A DNA stretch of 64,000 bases from Dimorphilus gyrociliatus (taxonomy: Eukaryota; Animalia; Annelida). This document shows, one piece after another, positions 56,382 through 64,000 of the stretch. The stretch is from the NCBI GenBank assembly GCA_904063045.1, contig CAJFCJ010000006.1, positions 1,775,601 to 1,839,600 of the forward strand. The letters are read 5' to 3'. The position numbers were made by a program, and so were the translations under genes. A model generated the notes under the pieces. The model was not told where the DNA came from, did not search any database, and saw only the letters and a program-made list of their open reading frames with translations. The stretch's first letter is position 1; each line of letters opens with the position of its first letter.

Positions 56382-57095
56382 ATGTCTATAAGATCAGTTA
56401 GAAGATTTGTTGGTATAATTATACATGTAGATTACTGGTAAGTAACCTATGTTATATATATTTTAATAGTGTATTTTAAACAATCTTTAAAAGTGAATTA
56501 AATACACTGTATGAATGTTATTTTAAGGATGACAAGTTATCAAATTAAGACGTTAGACATAAAGCAAATTTAATGACATCCCCTGTCAGGTTGCAGTGTA
56601 AATTAAGACTTTCCTTTTGTTTTTTAGTGTAGTTCTTAATATATCAGTTCTAATTATTAAGTTATATTTGCAATTTATTATTAACTTGTAATATGATATC
56701 ACAGTAGGGGAGAGAGAAAAACAAAGATTATACATATTAATTTTTCAGCTACGCTTGACCATCTTATGGAACAAGATTTTCCGAATTAAAAATTATGCTT
56801 GTGGATAAATTCCCGGGAATACACGTTAAGCACTCTTTTGGCTCCTCTCAAGACACTTTTGAAGTGTTTGTTAACGGCAATCTCATTTACTCTAATGTGC
56901 ATAAAGAACAAAAGGGTTTACCAGAAATCGAAGAGGTTCACCAAAAACATAAAATATAAAATAGCAAAATTTTAATTAACTCTGTTTTTATTTTATTAAT
57001 TTAAATAGATTATTGACATTGTAGAAGAGGAGATTCGAAGATTAACAGTTCAATCAACTGGTAGAAGAAGGAGTAGTGCTTGCTTTATTCTCTAA
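56382..57095 (+). CDS. Rdx-family selenoprotein, MIEN1/SELENOW2-like (CxxU + CaaX), 3 coding exons
   Basis: Exons 56382-56437, 56749-56935 and 57009-57095 translate to ...IHVDYCYA(U)PSYG...KFPGI...DTFEVFVNGNLIYS...GLPE...SSACFIL*. The in-frame TGA is at 56756-56758 and a SECIS lies downstream. The start codon could be further upstream. Confidence 0.88.
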
Positions 57096-57136
57096 CAGAA
57101 GGAAGCAAAGGAATATGAGATAAGGTGTGTTGCTTT

Positions 57137-57198
57137 TGAAATTATGACGGTCGGGATGGAAATTCTGAACAGAGGCGTCACGACCTGACGTCACTTCA
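57137..57198 (+). promoter_or_regulatory. SECIS element (type II) in the 3' UTR
   Basis: ATGA (57144) - 12 nt - AAA (57160) ... TGA (57186). Helix II pairs GGTCG/CGACC and GATG/CGTC, there is an apical mini-stem TTCT/AGAG, and helix I pairs TGAA/TTCA. Confidence 0.87.
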
Positions 57199-58304
57199 GC
57201 AGCCTATCTTATCACTAATATTTATTTGGCAATTATCCAAACTGGAGCCTTTCAACTGATTACTATATGAGAGAGCAGGGAAAAAGGATAGTGTGTAATC
57301 CCTTCTCTTCTAGTTATACATGCTTTATGTGAGTGAGATGTGTATGCTTTATTTGGAGTAGTGCCTAATAATTCTTCTTTTTTGGTTATAATCACGCAGA
57401 AATGTTTCCAAGAACGCGAAACAATATTCTAACTAAATGTCTTAATCGCCTTTTAAGTAAAAAATACAGAATTTCCCTGCAATTTATCAGTTATTTCTCT
57501 TTTTTGCTTAGAAAATGTCAATAAAAGTATTCTTTTAGATAAACCATTTATAAGTTTTACGAAAAGGTGACAAGAGGAAAATCAATATGGACTAGTTTTT
57601 AACCTCACTAATTAAAAGAATACCTATTAAGCAAATCAAATAGCATCTAGGGAAATATAGAAACAATATTACAAGTTCAACATTCAATTTTAAATAAAAA
57701 ATTAAACGCCGACCGTAACTATAGAATTCGATTAAGCGTATCTTTATCATATACACAGCAGGTTGTACTAATATATTATTATCATTTTATGTTCTATAAT
57801 ATACTACTACAAGTTATCAAACACCTTTCTCTGAAAGAAAGAAGAAATCAGGATTTTTTTATCATTTGTCTTTTATAGCGAAGTATGCATTTTCTTTAGT
57901 TTATCTCTTCAAGAAAAAATTAAAGGAATAGTAGAACAAAAATAAAACACAAACTTAAGTTTAAACATCTTTTTCATAGGGAACAAAAAACAACTTTTTA
58001 GATGTGTTAGCGAGATTTTTTGGAGGAGAAAACAGAATAAAAATAGCATAAAACTTTCTAATGAGAAGGAAGGTAGGGTAGGGGTGAGGAGGAGCACTTC
58101 ATTGGAACGATAAATTATTCAAGTTGATTATGATTAATAGAATGACTTACGCACATTTACAAATATCTATGTGTAGTAATTTGTAAGGCTAATACATAAA
58201 TAAGCCGCTTTTAATAATCATGATACAAATGATGAATATAATAGGATTAATAAATCCTCTCCGCTGGAGTTTTATAAATAAAGATATATTTTTTGAGATT
58301 GTTT

Positions 58305-59051
58305 TCAGCTTGTTTCAGCTCCTGATGCTGAAGTATAAGTCGTTGATAGAGCTGCCGTTCGTTCGAAATCTATGGTCGCGTAGCCTTCAGTCAATTGATT
58401 AGAACCACAACTTTTTGGTGAGGCTGGCGTTGATGGCTGGGTCGCTTCTGGCGTATTGTTCAAGTCAAGTTCGATATATTGAAGAGCAGTTGTCGATATC
58501 GGTGCAGGGGTTGAAACATTTGTATAAGTCGTTCTACTGGCTGGCACACTAGTATTGACGTTGACGTATTGTCCCCTTTCGTCCTCTGATAATTGAGAAT
58601 ATGATACTCTGCCACTTTCCGTTGTTGCGGTCATCGTATTCACATAATTGTGGGCTGTCGTGCCTCCTCCATCTTCACCATTTCTATCAATGTCATGCTC
58701 ATCCAGACCACCGTTTCGTAGTTCAACAGCTGCACCCGCTAAACCATCAGAGTTTATAGATTCTTGCACTAAATTAAAGAGACGCTCCGCTTCTTTACAT
58801 TTAAATGCGTAAATTCCAGCTCCAGTAGGTGACCTCCGTCCACATTCGAAAGAAAACATATTCGATTGATAGCCATATCTTCTTAAGCACCTTAGAGGCC
58901 AGTTCATTTTTTCTCTATGTTTCTGATGTAGAACCAATTCATCGCCAGTTACTTCGAAACGTCCTTTATGTTTTAAAGTTCCATCTTGATCCAGATTGTA
59001 AACCTTAAATAAGCTATCAGAAGCACCCGGTTTGCCGTTGCTGCAGCCCAT
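58305..59051 (-). CDS. FRS2: FRS2/FRS3-like PTB adaptor (FGF receptor substrate), single coding exon
   Basis: N-myristoylation start MGCS, IRS-type PTB (WPLRCLRRYG...FSFECGRR...G.YAFKC), Grb2-type YVN/YTN motifs, and SHP2-type YIEL and YATIDFERT motifs. Confidence 0.85.
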   Translation of the reverse strand: MGCSNGKPGASDSLFKVYNLDQDGTLKHKGRFEVTGDELVLHQKHREKMNWPLRCLRRYGYQSNMFSFECGRRSPTGAGIYAFKCKEAERLFNLVQESINSDGLAGAAVELRNGGLDEHDIDRNGEDGGGTTAHNYVNTMTATTESGRVSYSQLSEDERGQYVNVNTSVPASRTTYTNVSTPAPISTTALQYIELDLNNTPEATQPSTPASPKSCGSNQLTEGYATIDFERTAALSTTYTSASGAETS

Positions 59052-59970
59052 CTGTATGCAAAAAAGCGAACACCCGCCTTTATTTAATTAATGCAACTCT
59101 GCATACGCCAGTAGCTATCATTCGGCCATGCAATACCGGATTGCAAGAATTATACTACATGTTATATATGCAAAATCTATACGTTGATAAGAATAGCTAA
59201 AATCATGAATATATATATATATATATATTTAAAAGCATGCTTTTTTAGACTGTAGGTAGACGGACAATATGTTTAATTAAATACCTTATATTTCAATAAA
59301 ATACAACTATTTCTAGGTATTATCTGCTTATATATGCATATATCAAACCACAAAATATAAAACTATTCATATGTATTGCGCTACTGTTTATATTTAGTTA
59401 TATAAATATGAGTTTCTATACAAATGAGTCCTGTGCTAAGTCTTATTACTTCTGATAATAACTTCTATTGGCGACACGTCATTAGTATTTTACCTTTCAA
59501 AAGTTATATTTGTTAATTTTGATAGAGAATGTTATGGAAAAAGTAGTCTAGAAAATACAACATCATTCTAAAAGTAGTCGAATAACCTCGTTAAGCTACG
59601 AAAAGCAGCAGACTGCTGTGCCATTTACTATATCTCTTTTTTTCCTATTCATCCAACATTTAGATACCCTAGCAAGAGAGTAGGCGTTTCGCATACATTT
59701 TATCTTTAATACTATCTCTCAGGCAGCTTTTACAGTTTTATACAATAGATGAGAATAATTGTAAAGGAAAAACATCTTCGGCAGACGTGACTGACAGAAT
59801 GAGAGTAAAAAAATCACGAAGTCATCAATTTCCATGATGCTTATCGGTTGTATTTGTTAGAGTAGATCCGTTGGAATGCTTTACTAGATGCTATTTTAAG
59901 AAACTATAAGTTAAACTTACGATTTTCCAATCGAAAATCAAATTTGCAGCGTTAGAAGCGCCATGTTGTG

Positions 59971-59983
59971 TGACCTCTGACCT
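59971..59983. promoter_or_regulatory. Nuclear-receptor DR1-like element TGACCT-C-TGACCT
   Basis: Perfect direct repeat spaced by 1 nt in a GC-richer island upstream of FRS2. Function is inferred. Confidence 0.35.
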
Positions 59984-62119
59984 GTCTCGTTTTCGATTTC
60001 ACAGAATCAGCGCCACCTACCGCCTATCTTACTAACAAATATATATGTATAGTGTTGAAAGTGCCAAAACTGTTTGATAAAATAGCTATAAAAAGTCTTT
60101 AGTACTTAAAGTAAAGAAATATAAAAAGAGAAAGATCAAGTAAAAGTAAATGAAAAGAGATGTAAAAATATATAAAAAAATTACAATGTTAACAACCGAA
60201 TATAGCATAAAAGAAAACTTATAAATATTTTACGATTTCTTTAATTCAATAATTCATATCGACTTTTCATAGAGAATATTAAAGCAATAATCCCATGAAT
60301 TGGTAAGAATGTAAAGAATAGAAAAGTTTTAATAAATAAAAATTCTATAATTTAACAATTAGAAATATTTGAAAAAGTCAGAACTAAAAGAGGAAAAGCA
60401 AACGATTAGTGACGATTTTTTAAGTAGAATAATAAATTAGTGTATATAAATATAATTGTATTGCAAACAAAATGCTTTATTCTTTATAATTGCTAGGCAA
60501 AATCATCATTTTTTACTATTAATATTACATAAATAGATATGTATAAACCTTTTATTTATAGATACTTTACATGTATGATACATTTTATATATTTGCTTTC
60601 TTTTGTTATTTAAAAAGGAATGTGACATTTACATATTAAAAACAAGAAAATAGACTAGCTACATTTAATGCGAATAAATTGAATGATAAGAATACTTTGC
60701 GAGATTAATCTCTACCACTTCCTCTTTTCTTTCCAAGAGGCCTATGAATACAACGTACACTCCAGTCTAAGTATTTCTTAATGTTTCATGTCATTCCCTC
60801 ACTACCTAGATATAGTAATATCTTTGAAAACCGGCACATAGAGGGCTGATATATATATGAGTATAAGTATCTCGTATCTTCTTAAGAATAATAGCGAATA
60901 GATAGATAAAAAGCTATTTAATTAGTTTTGTTATGCCTCTTACTAAAAGGTGAATATAGTGAACGCTCTCTTTTTATCTATTTAAAAATGAATTAAAAAG
61001 TTTTATTTGCTATTTTTCATTGATTCTTTTATTACTGATCAACATATGTGTGTGTTTTTATGTACAATATATATATATATTCATTACTTTGTTGAAGCTA
61101 AAGAAGAATTATACGATAAAATTTGCAATAGTTCCAAGAAGCTGTAATTGCTAATTTCAATCTATAAAACGTTAGTTCTTCTTTGGTATGTTACGCCATC
61201 TGAAATAGATTTTTTATAGAAGCTAGAAACAATACCTTAGTAAATAGCGTTTAAATTAATATTAATAATATTGTATAGGTTTATTTTGAAAAAGCTGTGT
61301 GTTCTTGTTATATTCAATCTTATTTGCATTGTAATCTTAGTAATTAGAAAAGTTTTTAAAGCAGAATTTAATGACGATATTCTTATTTTTATATGACAGA
61401 AACGAAAATAAATAATAATAACTAATAAGAAAGAATAATAAAACCAAATAAATAAAAAAATATTGTCCATATTACATAAATATAACATGATAGAGCAGTA
61501 TCTGTTTTACAATGTATATATATATATATATATATTTATTTATATATATATATTAATAAACAATATTAAATTAAAAAATTTAAAATTTAAATAGTTAACA
61601 GTATTTCTTTCACAAGCCGAAAATTTAGACATAAAATATGCAATTAATCAGCTTAGTGATACGAACTACAAAATAATCAATAAGTGTAATACGGTTGTAC
61701 TAAAATTAGGTCTGCATTAAATATAGAAATAATTAATAATTTTTGAATAGGTTGAGTGAGAGGTTACAAATTAAGAAAAAAACAGATACAGAGAAAGAGA
61801 TAATAATTTACCTCAGATGATAATAGTAGCTTTGTCGGACAAGTCCTAGATGTTTCTAATTTTCTGTGTCTCTTTTTCCTTTCTATTTCTAACTTTCTTT
61901 TTGTTAAGTATCGCCAAATAAAAACTATAACTAATTGCATTGAAAATTATATGCATTGTTTGTTGCCAAGACTCAATCATATAGATTAGTTATGAAATAA
62001 AACAAATATCTCTTTTTCACATGCATTGGGTATTTTAGCAATATGCTACCTTTATGCACCATTCTATGCTTACAAACTTAAACATAAAGAGTGTACATAT
62101 ACTGTACACTGTATATAGC

Positions 62120-62133
62120 ATATATATGTAATA

Positions 62134-62181
<48 letters not shown>
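62120..62181. repeat. (TA)n microsatellite
   Basis: Read directly from the sequence. Confidence 0.93.
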
Positions 62182-62185
<4 letters not shown>

Positions 62186-62666
62186 TTACTTTCAATTACA
62201 ATCTCAGCATACATTTTGCAGAGAGGTAAAACCTTTAAATGACAAAGTGTGCTGACGAATAAAGTTACCGATAAATCCTAATATTTAAATAGGTAGAGAA
62301 AGAGGTAAACATGGGAGTATTTAAAATCCTTGTCTTATCAGCATCATGGTTTTTTTTATATCAGAATACTGAAGAATATGGACCCTACTTAAGGATAAAC
62401 GAAAATTCAAAGCATATATATACTGTATATATATATATATATATATATAAAAATGCATTTTCCATTATATGTGCATTTATATCATATAATGTGAAGCTAT
62501 AGGTTTAAAATATCCTAATTTTTTTTTACTGCCAAACAAGAAACAAAATAATTCTAAATTCTTAATTTAGAAAATTTCATTATCAGCAATATTCGAGTTT
62601 ATATAAAATTATTAATAATTTAAATAATATATCTTAGAGGGGTTTCTCTAATGTTTTTACTCTCTG

Positions 62667-63935
62667 CTAATAAAAGCTGAGTTTATAATGTGTGCCACAG
62701 GTTTTCAAATGGCTAAGAGTTCTTATCAATGCTCTTGTCATGGAGCATGAATCGTATTCAATATCGTATTTTTCGCAGACCTTTCTCACGTATTTAGATG
62801 CCTCTCTCAAGTGACGTCTTCCCAAAAGAGGGTAGAGATGATGTTCAATATGATAGTTTAATCCACCATAATACCAATCCAACCAAGTTGGACTATCAAT
62901 ATTCATATTAGATCCTATTTGAAATCTATACCATGAATCTTTATGAAACTCACTAACTTCATTGAATTCTTTGCAATAGTGAGACAATATTAATTGAAAG
63001 TGGAATACACCTTCAACGCTAGCTGCAATACAATAGAAAAAAATTCTTTCCTTCCAGTTAGGCAAAAGGGACAACATTAGTATCATCCAACACCAATGTC
63101 CGACTATAGCAATCCATTCATACCATCTTCTCTCAACACGGTAACTATCAAATATAATTTCTGCTCTACCGATAAAGGTAACCATAGGGATAAAAGTAAA
63201 ATGTTGAATTTTAACCAAACACCATTGAAGGAGACCACCAAACAGTGGATATAGCTTTTCATTTTGAGCCCACACGCTCTCCCACATTTGGGGATCAGCA
63301 AATCGGCGTTCAGAGTCGACAGTGTTGGTCATCATGTGATGAACAATGTGTTCATCTCTCCACCAATGAGCCGAAAAGCCAAAATTAAATGTTCCTAGGA
63401 TTAATCCAGCAAAACGATCTCTAAATCCGTTTCGAAAGACGGTCGTATGCATGCATTCGTGCATGAGAAAGCCAGTTTGTTGCCAAAAAAAAGCAAGTAC
63501 AACTCCAGCCGCCATATGGGCATAAAAATTCTCACTCAGTAATAATGTCCCCCATACAATTGTCCACAGAGAATAAACAAAGAGTAGCTTACCAGCATAG
63601 AACGTCCACGATGTTTCAAACCAACCTTTTGATTTAAAAAGATTAAGTAGTTCTACGAATTCCTTATCGGCTGGGTGTCTCTCTTTCATTTGATAGGTTC
63701 CAACTGGACGCCATCTTTTCAAAACCCCTTTATGTCCATTAGACAGAAAGACGTCTGTGGCATCCTTACCAACAAATTCTTCAATTATTGGTCCACCTGG
63801 ATGTATCTTTATAAAGTTGGTCACATCGTACCAATTGCCATTCACGCCCACTAATTTCTTTCCCGATTTCAGCAGGTCGTCCGATTCAGTTACAAGTTGA
63901 CTAGTATCTCTAGAGCGAAGTTCGGTCGGTGGCAT
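62667..63935 (-). CDS. Cytochrome-b5-fused (front-end/sphingolipid Delta8-like) fatty acid desaturase, intronless CDS
   Basis: Uninterrupted ORF with b5 domain (HPGG...DATDVF...H) and His boxes HECMH, HIVHH and HIEHH. A splice acceptor at 63956 is in frame, so the N-terminus may extend beyond the window. Confidence 0.9.
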   Translation of the reverse strand: MPPTELRSRDTSQLVTESDDLLKSGKKLVGVNGNWYDVTNFIKIHPGGPIIEEFVGKDATDVFLSNGHKGVLKRWRPVGTYQMKERHPADKEFVELLNLFKSKGWFETSWTFYAGKLLFVYSLWTIVWGTLLLSENFYAHMAAGVVLAFFWQQTGFLMHECMHTTVFRNGFRDRFAGLILGTFNFGFSAHWWRDEHIVHHMMTNTVDSERRFADPQMWESVWAQNEKLYPLFGGLLQWCLVKIQHFTFIPMVTFIGRAEIIFDSYRVERRWYEWIAIVGHWCWMILMLSLLPNWKERIFFYCIAASVEGVFHFQLILSHYCKEFNEVSEFHKDSWYRFQIGSNMNIDSPTWLDWYYGGLNYHIEHHLYPLLGRRHLREASKYVRKVCEKYDIEYDSCSMTRALIRTLSHLKTCGTHYKLSFY

Positions 63936-64000
63936 AATATCAGTTTTCAATGTTCCTATAAATAATATAAGTAAAGACTCTTGAAAAGTTTTTTCAACAA

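Noticed and set aside
58260-58320. Possible read-through or GC-AG intron at the FRS2 stop, next to a 10-nt direct repeat
   Set aside because: The stop context is not the TGA-CTA read-through type, the downstream frame closes after 11 codons, and I found no convincing downstream exon.

Overview
This is AT-rich eukaryotic (animal) genomic DNA from a compact genome: genes are densely packed and most GT-AG introns are about 50-110 nt. The gene set looks invertebrate, possibly lophotrochozoan, but that cannot be verified here. I assembled 19 protein-coding genes by hand from the ORF track and splice signals. In order: ankyrin-DHHC palmitoyltransferase, receptor guanylyl cyclase, GLUT-type transporter, GNPTG, RBM17/SPF45, COPG, divergent type II pantothenate kinase, TM-RING-H2 protein, GT32 glycosyltransferase, DmsR-like peptide GPCR, cytidine deaminase, SUMF2, degenerate B4GALT-like protein, ABI, MLX, FEN1, a Sec-containing MIEN1/SELENOW2-like protein, FRS2/3-like adaptor and a cytochrome-b5-fused desaturase. 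Highlights the ORF track misses: (1) a selenoprotein with CxxU, an in-frame TGA at 56756, a canonical SECIS and a C-terminal CaaX box; (2) a pair of phase-incompatible, mutually exclusive exons that swap TM3-TM4 of the DHHC enzyme; (3) a candidate 18-nt microexon in ABI; (4) probable pseudoenzymes (B4GALT-like and PanK-like); (5) a receptor guanylyl cyclase with an unusually long modular ectodomain; (6) an intronless desaturase with an atypical third His box; (7) a 27-bp element present twice. I recognised no CRISPR arrays, tRNAs, rRNAs or intact transposons. Exon boundaries and family assignments come from manual reading and remembered family motifs, not from database searches.
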